64,000 nucleotides of DNA from Octopus vulgaris (Eukaryota): NCBI GenBank assembly GCA_951406725.2, contig OX597824.1, positions 26,474,001 through 26,538,000 on the forward strand, given 5' to 3'. A program made the translations under genes and the position numbers. Shown piece after piece: positions 13,639 through 28,329 of the stretch. The notes under the pieces are model-generated. The model ran no database searches. It saw only the letters and a list, made by a program, of their open reading frames with translations, and was not told where the DNA came from. Every line of letters begins with the position of its first letter. Positions within the stretch are counted from its first letter, which is position 1.

Positions 13639-13897
13639 TTACATATATATAAATGCACACACGCACATACACACAGACATAAATAAACTCATATACGTAT
13701 ACATTCACATGTATGAATACATATATTCGATTCGACAGCACACGAATATATATAAATTTGTGCGTAAAACTTTTAGATAACTTTTAAAGTTGATGAGACG
13801 GTAAGAAATCTTAAGTTTCTAACACATGAATAAGCAAACATACATATATATACATACCTACATAGATGATACACCAATACGTGTATACCAATATATA

Positions 13898-14039
<142 letters not shown>

Positions 14040-14829
14040 CATGTATGTTTATCTGTTTGCTTTGCGTGAAAACATTGATTCTAATCAAAGAAATAAAAAA
14101 TTCTCTGCTGAGAAGGCGAGGAATTAATGTAGAAGTTCTCTTACATTTACACATACCCGCTCCACTACACACATGTAGTTATGTATATGCGTGTATGTAG
14201 CTCTCTCTATGTGTATATATATATATATAACCGTATACATGTACTTATTGATACACGCACACATGTGATGTATATATATATATGAATCTGTGTGTGTATG
14301 TTTGTGTGTGTGTTTGTATGTGTGTGCATGTGTGTGTGTGTAAGTGTGTTTTTGTGTGTTTATGCAATTATGTTTTTACAATTTACAGGATTGGCGAAAA
14401 AATATTAATTATCAATGTGCTTAATATGTATTTTTAAGATAGAAATATTTTTTCTCCACTGTTTTTTTCACTTCAAATGTAAATTTTCAAACATTCAATA
14501 AATAATTTTTGCTTTAAGAATATAATAGAGAAACAGAGAAACAGAGAGAAGGAAAGAGGTTGAGGGGAGAGAGACGAGGAAAGAAAGAGAAATTGTACAG
14601 TTGCAGGTATTGGTTTATGTGTGGTTAACATGTTCTTTTCACAGCCACGAGATTCCAAGTTCAATCCAACTGCACATCACCTTAGGCCATTATCTTCTTC
14701 TATAGGCCCCTGACCGACCAATAGTTTGTGACTGAATTTGCTTTATGGAAACTAGATTCCTTTCGTTTCTCCCTCTCCCTCTCTCTTTCTCCATATATAT
14801 TCCTTAAGCATTATATACATATGTGTATT

Positions 14830-14865
<36 letters not shown>

Positions 14866-14866
14866 A

Positions 14867-14905
<39 letters not shown>

Positions 14906-14931
14906 CATATATATATATATATATATATTGA

Positions 14932-14972
<41 letters not shown>

Positions 14973-15172
14973 GGGGAAAATGGAGAGTTTTAACTAATAA
15001 AATTCAATTTATTAACATATTATCAAAATTCTGTCTTAGCTACAATCGTTTCCATACTGAACTCATTCAATTAGAAATTAATAACTTAAAAGTTAAAAAT
15101 TGCATCTTGAATTAATGAGTTTTAAACTCTGAGTAGCAGCTTTTGTGATGTCTTTGCAGCTTTATTAATAAA

Positions 15173-15213
<41 letters not shown>

Positions 15214-15217
<4 letters not shown>

Positions 15218-15669
15218 ATAGAGGGCATTATTACACATAAATGCCTCACACTAAGAGGGACATAAGTCATTACTACCAAAATTTCACTAATCATACCTAA
15301 TGCAGTTTTTCAAAGCAAGACATTTAAAAAATGAATTTAGTTCTATATCACCTGTGATTTCACATTTACCGCATATAAAATATGCGTCTATGCTCATCAG
15401 TAGAACTGATTCTGAACACATCATAAATAAACGACCGACATTACCTGGCGAAGTCGAACAGACAACTGCTCTCTCCGGCGAAGCACATGGAGATGTTTAT
15501 AAATCATATATTCGGTAAATAGCGGGATTTTTCGAACTGCATTTCGGGTAGGAAAAGTTTTTTTCGGAATAAATTTAACAATAATGCCTCACACTAAGAG
15601 GGACATAAGTCATTACTACCAAAATTTCACTAATCATACCTAATCATACTTTGCCAGGTAATGTCGGTC

Positions 15670-15670
<1 letters not shown>
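15214..15670 (-). mobile_element. Small non-coding hammerhead-containing retroelement (retrozyme / PLE pLTR-like) with 62-bp terminal direct repeat
   Basis: 15240-15301 = 15583-15644 (period 343); 15648-15670 is the inverse of 15432-15454; (TA)n on both sides; contains a canonical hammerhead. Confidence 0.8.
15339..15407 (-). ncRNA. Type I hammerhead ribozyme with a canonical core
   Basis: Minus strand: AGTTCTA CTGATGA GCATagacgcatattttatatgcggtaaATGT GAAA TCAC AG GTGA TA TAGAACT; 7-bp stem I, extended stem II, stem III TCAC/GTGA, AUA cleavage triplet. Confidence 0.88.
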
Positions 15671-15745
<75 letters not shown>

Positions 15746-15751
15746 TTAGGC

Positions 15752-16130
15752 TCTGAGAACATGATCTATACAATTTAGAAATCAGGACGATAGAAGAAGA
15801 GAAATCACGAGGAGAAAACCTACTGGTTTTACTCGTGTCCATGGGCCAGAAAGAAGACAAAAGGTAAACTATCTATCTTTCAAGTTGGCTAACTACATAT
15901 GGGATTTGAAGACGCCACATATATCCAAGAGGAAAATGGTAGAAAAATTCATGCCATATGTGAATGGTTTGAAGAAATGCAAGTTATGAGTAGCTGAAAG
16001 ATCGCAACTCCTTTTTAGACCTAAGAACTTCATCGCACTGCTGAATTCCAGATTAGAAATTTTCACCAAATGGAATCATATAGACAAATTTCTTTTGGCG
16101 AATTTGAGAACACCGCACTCTCTGAATTGA
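15752..16130 (+). pseudogene. Second, more decayed PLE GIY-YIG endonuclease fragment
   Basis: KLANYIWDLKTPHISKRKMVEKFMPYVNGLKKCKL*VAERSQLLFRPKNFIALLNSRLEIFTKWNHIDKFLLANL aligns motif by motif with the 11701-13309 peptide; directly follows (TA)n. Confidence 0.75.
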
Positions 16131-16470
16131 GCAGCTGGATTCCAAACTTTAAACTCCTCTCCGTTGGCTCAACATTAACCAGCATTAGTGTGGCTTTATG
16201 GTCAAAGGGAACATTACTCTATTCTCCCATTTTCTTCTCCAATCTTTTCCTATTTGGTTTTCACCCTTTCGCTTTTTGCTTCCACCTTGTATTTTTTCTC
16301 ACGATTTCTCTCATTCTATCGTCCTCATATAACTCATATAAGCCATGTGCTCAGAGCACGAAGACTACTGGTGACACTAGGTGAGTTATAAAGACTTGCC
16401 TAGATCGTGTCTCTAATGTAGGGGACGAAAAATAGCTCATAACTACATACTGCATAAATTAAACGACACA

Positions 16471-16521
<51 letters not shown>

Positions 16522-16559
16522 TGAAGTAGCAAACTGATGAAGCAAAGACAGAAAAAAAT

Positions 16560-17060
16560 CGAACACGCACATCAAGTGGATTGCAAAGTTCAGAATCAGC
16601 CACTTTCAACACTTTCTACTTCGAAGAGAAATCATAACAACCAAAATTGTATATAGAGAAGGGAAACCTGGTCGGAGAAAAACTAGACAGAGCGATTGTA
16701 GCACTGAAAACAACAATAGCGCTGGCGTTGACCAGATAAAACTTGAGTTGCTGTAGTATGGCAGTGGAAGTCTTGCAACATCACAGACCAATTTGTTGAA
16801 GAGATGCTGGTAGCATCAGCTTGTCTCGGAAGACTTGGCAGCAAGGTAGCATAGTAGAACTACCAAAGAAGGAATGAGATAGATGCAATACACGGTACGG
16901 AGTTATATGCGGATGAAGACACTGCAGTCAGCTAATACGGAGGCTGTCATTGTAAGACTACAAGGAGACTTTGTGAGGCTGTCTTTGGAAGAATACAAGG
17001 AGAACAATTAGTGTTTAGAGAAGGGTAGTCATGTTCTGAAAAAATGTCCAAATATGGAAT
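16560..17060 (+). pseudogene. Decayed RTE-like LINE reverse transcriptase N-terminal fragment
   Basis: EKLDRAIVALK/(frameshift)NNNSAGVDQIKLELL*YGSGSLATSQTNLLKRCW matches the AIxxLKNxKAxGxDxIxxELLKxG motif upstream of LINE RT. Confidence 0.65.
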
Positions 17061-17174
17061 ATTATCGAGCAGTGTCAATTTTATTGGCACCAAAAAGGCA
17101 TTATACAGCGTTCATTGAATCGTTGTGAAACATCCAAAGAAAAGCGTGGGGATCCCGGACAACTATAACATTGC

Positions 17175-17505
17175 TGTGTCTGGGGAGAGTCATTTTCTTT
17201 TTGTGCCTTATAATATAATACACTCACCGGTAAAATTTCCACTTTTTTCTTATTTTTTATTTTCCTAAAATTTTCGTTGCGTCTTGCAACCTTTTCAATA
17301 GTTTTCACTCAAAACTATTGAAAAGGTTGCAAGACGCAATGACAATTTTAGAAAAATAAAAATAAGAAAAAAGTGGAAATTTTACCGGTGAGTTTGTTAC
17401 ATAATAAGACACAAAAAGAAAATGACTCTCCCCAGACACAACAGAATATGCTTCAACACACGAACTCATGAAAAGAATCTTGCAAACCAAATCCCAAAAC
17501 AAAAT
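17175..17505 (+). mobile_element. Fold-back palindrome (~130-bp arms) plus tail; PLE pLTR-like remnant with degenerate hammerhead
   Basis: 17175-17305 is the inverse of 17311-17440, loop CACTC; tail gcttcaacacacgaactca...aatcttgca is shared with 23085-23222 and 59469-59522. Confidence 0.8.
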
Positions 17506-18073
17506 ATAACATTGCTTTTATTGTTTAACGCTGGGTCAACGTTGGCCCAGCAGCTGCATCACTAAAGACGTTCCAACGGTGTCCATCCCTCCTTTACTTC
17601 AGAAAGAGTATATCTAGAACTAGGACATGTCACGCCTTTGATTAAATAGGGTGGAGTGTAATGTGATGTCTGTCTTGTTGTCTACGCCTCGTTGGTTCAT
17701 GTTTATATAAAACTGTATTGGAGAATCGTTTGGCTTTATTGCTGGGGTGGCGTGTCAAGTGATATCTGAATTTAAGTAGATGTAGCTAGAAGTAAACAGA
17801 GGGTAACTGTAGCAAGAGCAGCAGCAATAACAGCAACATTTTTCTCCAGTATATGATGTATTAACAGCATCAAGGAATTAAGCCTGATCCAGTTGTTTTA
17901 CACGACCAAACGTCAACATTATTAGGAGCACCGCGAGCTCAAAACCACAAACTGCTGACATCACAACGACCACAAATATTGCTGTCACCGATACTGACCA
18001 CCTCACCATCACCGCCACTACAAACGCCATTTTCATCATCAACATAATCATCATAATCATCATAGTAATAATA

Positions 18074-18112
<39 letters not shown>

Positions 18113-18200
18113 GTAATAGTAATAATAATGATAACTAGTTCTTTTGCCTAAAGCATTTCCGGTATTGTTCATCATTTTTTCTTCTTCCTACACGTCTTTA

Positions 18201-18284
<84 letters not shown>

Positions 18285-18530
18285 AAGCACACACACACAC
18301 ACAAGCACACACACACACACACACACGGGGATGCTTGAGTATGCATGTGTATATATATACATATATATATGTGTATGTGTATATATGTATATGTGTGTAT
18401 GTGTGTGTGTAAATATATACACACCTACATTTATACATACATATGTATCAACATATACATATGCATACACGTGTATCTAATGCATGCATATACATACATA
18501 CACACATATATATATATATATGTACATATA

Positions 18531-18586
<56 letters not shown>

Positions 18587-18731
18587 CACATGTAACTTAT
18601 ATGCTCACAAACACACGCATACAAGCATACGCGCATTCAGAAGATCTGTGTTTAGGTTCATCCCTACATACCATACACATTCGGACTCACCCACCTACGC
18701 AAACGCAATCCCTGACACAGTGATAAACACA

Positions 18732-18795
<64 letters not shown>

Positions 18796-18988
18796 CATAT
18801 CCTGTCATGCATATACGCATACGAAGCTACCCCACAGCCAACCCCTACCCCACATATGCACACGCACAATAGTACTATGTCAGTTTTTGTTTGGGAGGCA
18901 AGATGTCTATCAATACATGTCATCTTTCATATTTAGAATTCATCTCCAAACCGACTTGTTAATAATCCGCTGCCGTCAGCATGATCCA

Positions 18989-19061
<73 letters not shown>

Positions 19062-19339
19062 TCACAGACACACACACATGGTTTCATACACAGACGAATA
19101 CACATACACGTAATTAAACGCCTACACTCTTTCACTTATAAAACTATCTCCAATATACACCCAGATATGAAGTATCGGAGCATAAAGTGCGTGTGTATAT
19201 ATGTATGTACATATATGGGTTTATGTATGTATGCATATAAGATACATATAACCGTACATACATATGTGCGTATGCGCATGTGTGTGTGTGTGTACATCAA
19301 TACATAAATATATACGTGTGCGTGTGGGTGTCTATAGAT

Positions 19340-19388
<49 letters not shown>

Positions 19389-19468
19389 GTATGTGTGTGT
19401 GTGTGTGTGTATGTATGTATATATAGGTATATATACGTATATATATATATATGTATATATGTATGTAT

Positions 19469-19500
<32 letters not shown>

Positions 19501-19660
19501 GTATATATGTATATTTACATACATACATACATGTACACATTTCGACATACAGATAAATACACATCATGCACCCGCACACACACGCATGTGCGCATACACA
19601 CACATATACATACACACATAAATAAAGGAAGATGTGTGTGTGTGTGTGTGCTTGCATACG

Positions 19661-19748
<88 letters not shown>

Positions 19749-19989
19749 CACATATATCTAAGCATTAAGCACTTCGTTAATGCATGAAATTGTTGTCATA
19801 TGTGTGTGTACTTTTGTTTATCTGCGTACATATGTAAGTTCGAATGAGTGCTCGGATGCATCAGTGTGTACATGTATGAGTGTGTGTGTGTGTGTTTGTG
19901 TGCGAGCGTGTACTCCTGCGATTGTATCTCCCGTGTACATACATATATATATACACACACACAAACATACACATGCACCCCCATATATA

Positions 19990-20036
<47 letters not shown>

Positions 20037-20617
20037 GCACGCAGTCACACATACTTCTTCCTACACGAAACATTACTTGCATCATAACAAAGTGCTAAAT
20101 GGTTGCAGCTACATGCGGAAGTTCAGCGAATGCTTTGGAACAGAAGTTCTGCCCGAAGGAAATTATTTTTTTTTTTAGATTAGAAACAGGAAAACTCGTT
20201 ACTTTTTAGTCCAAAGAGCTGGAAGGTTTTCTTATTAAATTTGACTCCACGTATATCATTCGGTAATTTGAACACAGAATATTTAAATTGAGTAAGAATC
20301 TCACGGCTGTTGAAACTTTAATAGCCTAAATATATCGTGTTTTATAGGAGAGCTTCCTAGGGACGGCGAGAATCACATCATATCGTGATGTTTCAAAGTT
20401 CCTTATATAGACTTGGGGATGACAAAGCAAAGTATGCTGTCTCGATAAAGTAAGTTGAAAAATCAGGGTTTCCTAGAATTTAGTCAACACAATTTAATTT
20501 ATGCAAGTCGTTGTATACTTATTGTTTTCCGTTTCATGAAATCAAAGAAAGGAAACAACTATATCCTGTACAGTTAAGGCAGTATTAAATCAAAATAATC
20601 ATATATATATATTCATA

Positions 20618-20764
20618 GGGGCAGGCGTGGCTGTGTGGTAAGAAGATTGCTTTCCAACCACATGGTACCGGGTTCAGTCCCACAGCGTAGCAGCTTGGGT
20701 ATGTGTCTCGGACCGACCAAAACCTTTTGAATGGATTTGCTAGATGAAAACTGAAAGAAGCCCG

Positions 20765-20768
<4 letters not shown>
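20618..20768 (+). mobile_element. SINE family A 5' half
   Basis: ggcgtggctgtgtggtaagaag...gggttcagtccc...ggatttgctagatgaaaactgaaagaagcccgtc. Confidence 0.85.
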
Positions 20769-20824
<56 letters not shown>

Positions 20825-20833
20825 GTATATATA

Positions 20834-22073
20834 TCAGGTCATTCCATAAGTTCTGTCCGATTTTATCTATTTTAAAATTGAATAAAATTTAATAGTATTT
20901 TAGAATGTTTAATGGAATTAAAAATATTTTTATGCATTTGTGTACATTTAAACTAATTAAATATTATTTTACAGAATAATAGAGTTAAAATTTCTTTGAA
21001 TAAAACCCTTTCTAACATGGAAGTATCCATAGAGCATTTAAGGCACATAATGCTTTATGAGTACAAAACAGGAAACTCTGCAACCGAAGCGACTTGAAAC
21101 ATACACTCAGTTTATGAGAAAGAATGCTTGAATGAAAGAACTTGCAGAAGATGGCTTGCAAAATTCAGAAGTGGAGATTTTATCCTTGAAGATGAAGATC
21201 GAACAGGACAGCCTGTTGAGTTTGATGATAAGCTCCTTGAGGCAATACTTGAAGAAAATCCTGCATTATCAGTTGCAGAATTGGCAATAAAGCTTAGTTC
21301 AAACCATACAACTGTTCGTCGTCATCTTCAACAACTTAGAAAGGTTCCTAAATTTGGAAAATGGGTGCTTCATGAATTGTTCGAAAGCAACCGCAAATCC
21401 CGGACATCTGCTCTTCTTTCCATTCTCGTTTTATCCTTTTTGGATAGACCTGTGAGTGGTAACGAAAAATGGATCTTCTATCGAAATGTTAAACGTCGTA
21501 AACAGTGGCTTGGTAAAAGGGAAAAAGCTCAACCACAAACGAGAAGGGAACTTAATGAAAAATAGGTTCTTCTCTCTATCTGGTGAGATTGCAAACGAGT
21601 AATTCACTTTGAATTGTTACCACCTAATGCAACAATCAATGCTCAAGTCTACCGGTAAGCAATTAGAGCGTTTGAACCAAGCTTTGAAGAAAAAGAGACC
21701 CGCTTTTGTAGGTTTCTTCAGGACAATTCATGAACCCACACTGCAAAGATCACATCACAGAAGATCGAAGAGCTTGTTTGGGAAAAAACATTCCTCATCC
21801 ACCTTATTCTCCCGACCTTGCTCCTTCAGACTACCATTTGTTTCGTAGATTACAGAATCATTTGGGGGACATAACTTTCGCAAGCCAGGAGGAGGTCGAA
21901 ATTAACATTTCAGAATTCTTCGCTTTGAAACCAAAAGCGTTTTACATTGATGGGATTTAAAAGCTTGTAAATAGCTGGAAGGAAGTCATAAATAATCAGG
22001 GAAAGTACATTGATGATTAAATTTCACTTGTTTTCTTTATTCAAAATTCGGACAGAACTTATGGGATGACCTG

Positions 22074-22074
<1 letters not shown>
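20834..22074 (+). mobile_element. Full-length mariner transposon, 1241 bp, second family
   Basis: TIRs TCAGGTCATtCCATAAGTTCTGTCCGA / TCGGACAGAACTTATGGgATGACCTGA, flanked by TA. Confidence 0.96.
21017..22020 (+). pseudogene. Mariner DD34D transposase, inactivated
   Basis: MEVSIEHLRHIMLYEYK..., RRWLAKFRSGDF.LEDEDRTGQP, WVLHEL, SGNEKW (first D mutated to N), QDN, HPPYSPDLAPSDYHLF; stops and frameshifts. Confidence 0.94.
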
Positions 22075-22133
<59 letters not shown>

Positions 22134-22417
22134 ACACACACGCACACAGGCATTCCTTCGATATAACTCGACAAAATCAAAACATTCCACTTCGAGTATT
22201 TTCGTGGAAGCAAATGACAGTTCGAATCTGTTTTCCGCTTGGAAACTTGGGGATTTTACATACACACATTAAGCAGGTAAGAACAAATATGCAAGGCTTT
22301 CTTTTCTTCAAGTTTAAAATGAGACATTGCCCGCATAATTTCGTTATATCTACACTCCACAACCCACAGAAATACCTGAAGTGAAATGTTTTGATTTTGT
22401 CGAGTTATAGCGAAGGA

Positions 22418-22451
<34 letters not shown>

Positions 22452-22454
<3 letters not shown>

Positions 22455-22550
22455 GCGCCCTTTTAAAGCCTAGCCAGGCTCATGGGCCCTGTTTCCCAGT
22501 TTCAATGGCGTATGTGTTCCCTAGCTGGATGGGACGCCAGTCCATCGCAG
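22452..22550 (-). mobile_element. SINE family D 3' fragment (tail 1)
   Basis: Reverse complement of 40457-40555. Confidence 0.85.
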
Positions 22551-23084
22551 AGAAAGAGAGAGCGATAGGGAGAGAGAGAGGGAGAGAGAGGGAGAAAGAG
22601 TGAGAGAGAGAGAAAGGAGAGAGAGAGAGAGGGAGAAAGAGGAGAGGGAGGAAGAGATCATAATTTATTAACTGAACACGATAAATTTAACCCTTTTGAT
22701 TCTTCCTAAGCACATAAAAGCTAACGGGATCACTCATATGAATAAAGAGAGTGTGAGAAAAAGAGAGAGTGAAAGAGAGAGAGAGAGGGAAAGAAAGGAA
22801 CAAAAGAGATAGATATATAGAGAGGAAGAGTGGGGGAGTAAAGCATTACAATGAGAGAAACAATAACGTGTCTGATGTCAAATAAGTCAGCGTCGACTCA
22901 GCGGCACAATATAGGCGGCGCCAAAACGTCTGTGTCTAAACGTCTCATGCCTACGCTAAGATCACTTGATCCAGATGATTCGAACGCATAAGGCTAGAAA
23001 CATTGAGGATGGATTTCTCTGGAACTCTGCCGATTCATTCGTAACAAACAGCAAAGAAACAACAACAAATAAAAACAGGAAAAT

Positions 23085-23222
23085 ATAAATAAGAAATAAG
23101 TGGAAATTTTACCGGTGAGTGTGTTAAGGCGCAAAAAGAAAATGACTCTCCCCTGACACAACAGAATATGCTTCAATACACGAACTCATATAAAGAATCT
23201 TGCAAAGGAAATCTCAAAACGA
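23085..23222 (+). mobile_element. 3' fragment of the same pLTR-like family as 17311-17505
   Basis: aagtggaaattttaccggtgag...aaaagaaaatgactctcccc.gacacaacagaatatgcttcaa.acacgaactcat, followed by TA-rich repeat. Confidence 0.85.
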
Positions 23223-23274
23223 AACAAATATATGTATATGTATATATATCTATATCTATCTATCTATCTATCTA

Positions 23275-23322
<48 letters not shown>

Positions 23323-23603
23323 AAGGGAAGAAAAAAACTAGACCATAACGCTGTTTTCAATCCATCACTCCCAGTACACACGTTTGTGTATATATGTATA
23401 CATAGCATAGTATTCCTGAAGAGGATCATACGATGCCAATATTGAAAATAGGTATAGAAAATAGAGTGACACAAGAGATGGAGTTAATAGTGCGAAAGGA
23501 CGAAAAAACATAACCCCTTTATATAACTCTGGCAATAATCCATCTGTTTAGATAGGAACACATTCGTCTAATTCACCTTCGCTAAATCTGTCCTCGATTT
23601 CTC

Positions 23604-23686
<83 letters not shown>

Positions 23687-23934
23687 TACATCAGTCTTTC
23701 TGTCTCTCTGTCCTCTGGCATTGTGTGTGTATGTGTCTCTCTGTCCCTCGTGTCAACCAACAGTTATTTTGCCGCTTACCAGAGGATTTTTCTATCGTTT
23801 CACGCTCGCTTCTTCTTTCTAAAAAACTTATTATTATTAATTCCCATAACGAAATATCAACGAAGAGCTAAAATCCTACCTTCCAACCGTACCACATCGC
23901 ATCGCCCTCACAACATCGTTTTACGTGCATAAAC

Positions 23935-24386
<452 letters not shown>

Positions 24387-24928
24387 ATTTCAAATATATT
24401 ATTATTTACTTAATATTTCTCTGCGTTTAAGAATTTCCTGTACGCTTTCATTTTTTTCCCAATTCTTCTTACTAAAAGTGTTCGCGTTCGCCATTGTGGT
24501 CGCTTTGGTTGTTATTGTCGTAAAATAGTAATACGAGAGATCAATAATTATATGAGAAGATAGAGATATGATCACTGCCTGCCATCGACGTTTCTATCCA
24601 TCACCATCATCTTCGCAATCCTTCTTCTTCTTCTTATCCCTCCTCCTCCTTTTTTCTTATCCTTCTTCTTATCTCTCTTCTTCTTCATTCTTCTTCTTAT
24701 CTCTCTTCTTCTTCATTCTTCTTCTTATCTCTCTTCTTCTTCATTCTTCTTCTTATCCTCCTCCTCTCCCCCTCCTCCTCCTCCTCCTCCTTCTTCTGCT
24801 TCTTCTTCTTCTGCTTCTTCTTCTTCTTCTTCTTCTTCTTCTTCTTTTTCTTCTTCTTTTTCTTATCCTTCATCTTCTTCCTTTTCTTCATATTCTTACC
24901 CTCCTCCTCCTCCTCCTCCTCCTCCTCA

Positions 24929-25017
<89 letters not shown>

Positions 25018-25189
25018 ACACCATTTTTTCTTGCCTTTCTTCTTTTCCATTTTTCCAAACTATATTGACCTGATCCATTTTCGCATTGTCTTCAAATAAC
25101 CACAGCTACGACTCAAATGTTTACCATTCATCGTACACAACCGACACCACGAGACAATTCCACATCTCTCTCTCTCCCTCTTTATCTCA

Positions 25190-25223
<34 letters not shown>

Positions 25224-25733
25224 GTTTGTCTGTCTGTCAGTCTCTCTCTTAACTCTACTCTAACCCTACCGTTCTCTCTGTATCAATTTCTCGTATTCTT
25301 TTAATATTTCATTCTATTGAATGCCCGCCTCACCTCTGCCTGTCTCCACGGGTTCAAACCTAACATTGGATAGTTGAAATATGGAATCAAGTTTCTTTGC
25401 ATAAAGAAACAACCAACGACCATCTGGGAGTTATAGAGTACACAAACATTCAAATCTTTACAATATGGAGACGAAAAAATAACGTTCCGTACAAAGATTA
25501 TTGCAGCTTGATGCACAAACAAACGAAAACAGAACACACATACACAAACACGTACGTACAATAGATACATACATATATTCATACACATACATAGATACAT
25601 ACGTACATATATACATACATACATGCATACACACACTCACATACATAGGTACATACACATATACACACACTACATATACATATATGATTATATATATGTA
25701 TATATATATACATATATATGTATATATATATAC

Positions 25734-25827
<94 letters not shown>

Positions 25828-25938
25828 GGATATATGTGTGCGTATACACACACACACATAATTACACATATATTTATACACAAGGAAAACACAACTCACA
25901 AACACAGAAATACATAGATAGATACATAAACATATACA

Positions 25939-25998
<60 letters not shown>

Positions 25999-26027
25999 GA
26001 TATATGTGTGTGTGTGTGTGTGTGTGT

Positions 26028-26064
<37 letters not shown>

Positions 26065-26556
26065 GCGCGCGTGCGTGCGTGTAAACAAGAAAACCATAAG
26101 AGTAGAGAAGACACACATACACACAAGCACACACGAAAAACACAAACTCGAAGATGATTCCCAAATACTTACATATATAGGCGTACACACATGCACAAAT
26201 ATGTAAATACGTACTCTTAAGCACACACATCAGATATATATGCACGAGAAAAACACAAGAACACAGAAGACAAATAAGGAAACAAGCGAAAAAAAAAATT
26301 GGAATTGGTAACCTCTGTATTTCTTTCCAGTTACATCTTTTCAATCATTTCTTTAACTGTTCCAACAAACTCTACCTGACTCCCCGATTCTTCTCGTTCG
26401 AGTTCTTTTGGTTTATATGCGTAATAAGGATGCACGCGCATGTATACATACATACATAAACGCATACAGACACACGTACGTATACATACATGCACACACA
26501 CACAGACACTGATGCAGGCGCGTGCAAAAGTAAAACTTTGTGCGTGTGCACACAAG

Positions 26557-26596
<40 letters not shown>

Positions 26597-26603
26597 CACT
26601 AAT

Positions 26604-26634
<31 letters not shown>

Positions 26635-26722
26635 CATATAAATGCATACATATGTATATATATACATATAAATGCATACATATGTATATATATACATATG
26701 CCGACACTCATACACACGCATG

Positions 26723-26765
<43 letters not shown>

Positions 26766-26833
26766 ATACATATATATATGTGTATATGTACATATACATA
26801 TATGTATATATGTATATATATATGTATGTGTAT

Positions 26834-26865
<32 letters not shown>

Positions 26866-26980
26866 GTATATATGTATATACATATATATAGAAAGAAAGA
26901 GAGAATGGGAGAAGAAGAATGATATACTCTTGCGAGGATATTTTTATATATCCTATGTTTGGGAATAGATGCTACATTTG

Positions 26981-27040
<60 letters not shown>

Positions 27041-28329
27041 GCAGTCGTATTTATGCAGGCCTTGTGTGCTCATGCGTATAGATGTGATAAGCCTATATTT
27101 ATAGTAAAGCTTACGAGAAGCAGTAAACTTTACAATACATACAGAGATGCATACATACATACATACATACATACAAACAAACAAACATACATACATACAT
27201 ACATATTTATATACATACACACTTTTGTCTGATTTTTTTTGTGTGTGGATAAGCTTATATATATGTACGGAAATACGTGTACGGTACGTGTACATATATA
27301 TGTGTATGCGTGTTTGTGTGCATCTGCGAATGCACACACAGACACAGACACATACGTACGTACCCGCGCACACACACACGCACTCGCGCGCTGAGACAGA
27401 CAGTCCGACACACACACACATATTAATGTACCCACGTATATACATATATATGGGGTCCCTGCTACAATGTCTATGCACCATTACACACGTGTAAACACGC
27501 AGTACAAATAGTAGACACACCACACAACACCGGAACACCAAGGACAAAACAAGGTAACGTTTTGTTATTGATATGTGTGTATGCCACCATCTTAGAATAG
27601 AAAGACTGAATGTGTTGCACAAATTAAACACATGCACTCACAGTCCCATATATGCGAATGAACACGCGTTATAGATGCATGTACGTATGCATAATTTTGT
27701 ATATATATATATACATACAATTTATGTAATGGTAGAACACAGTTTTGCACGCGCATTATGCTTGTGTAAATAATGTTCGATTGAAGGAGATGAGAATAAA
27801 TAGCTGAGCGATCTTCCCCACTTACGTACGTTCATATATGTATATATATATATATGTATTATGTATGTATATATATACATATGGGTATGTATGTATGCAT
27901 GTATATATATATGTACGCATGTATCTATGTATGTTTGTATGTATGTATACACATACATACAGACAAACATATATGTTTGTGTGTGTATGTGTATGCATTC
28001 ATGTTTATCCATACATTATATAGAAGGATCTAGAAGTCACTTCAGATTTTGAATGCTATATGAGATCTTTTGTAATTCTCTATTCTTTTAAAAAATTCTC
28101 TAAGTTTGACTTTTTTTTTAGAATTTCTGTTTTTCCATACTTTTAATATTATTTGTAGTACTGTATAATGAATCTCTTGATAAGCATTATTATTTGTATT
28201 TAAGCAAAACATTATTAACAAAATATATTCATTGCCCTAAACATGCCGTAATATAATGCATTGTTACGTGTCAAAATACATGGAAATAAGAAATAAAAAA
28301 TATCGAATCCTTCGTAGTTATATTAACAT

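Noticed and set aside
16365-16410. SECIS element
   Set aside because: Hairpin present, but the UGAN/NGAN quartet register and helix length do not fit
23411-23462. Hammerhead-like CTGAAGA...GAAA in a (TA)n-flanked segment; similar GAAACGATTGTA on the minus strand near 15041-15053
   Set aside because: Stems II/III or the first core box cannot be formed convincingly; not counted
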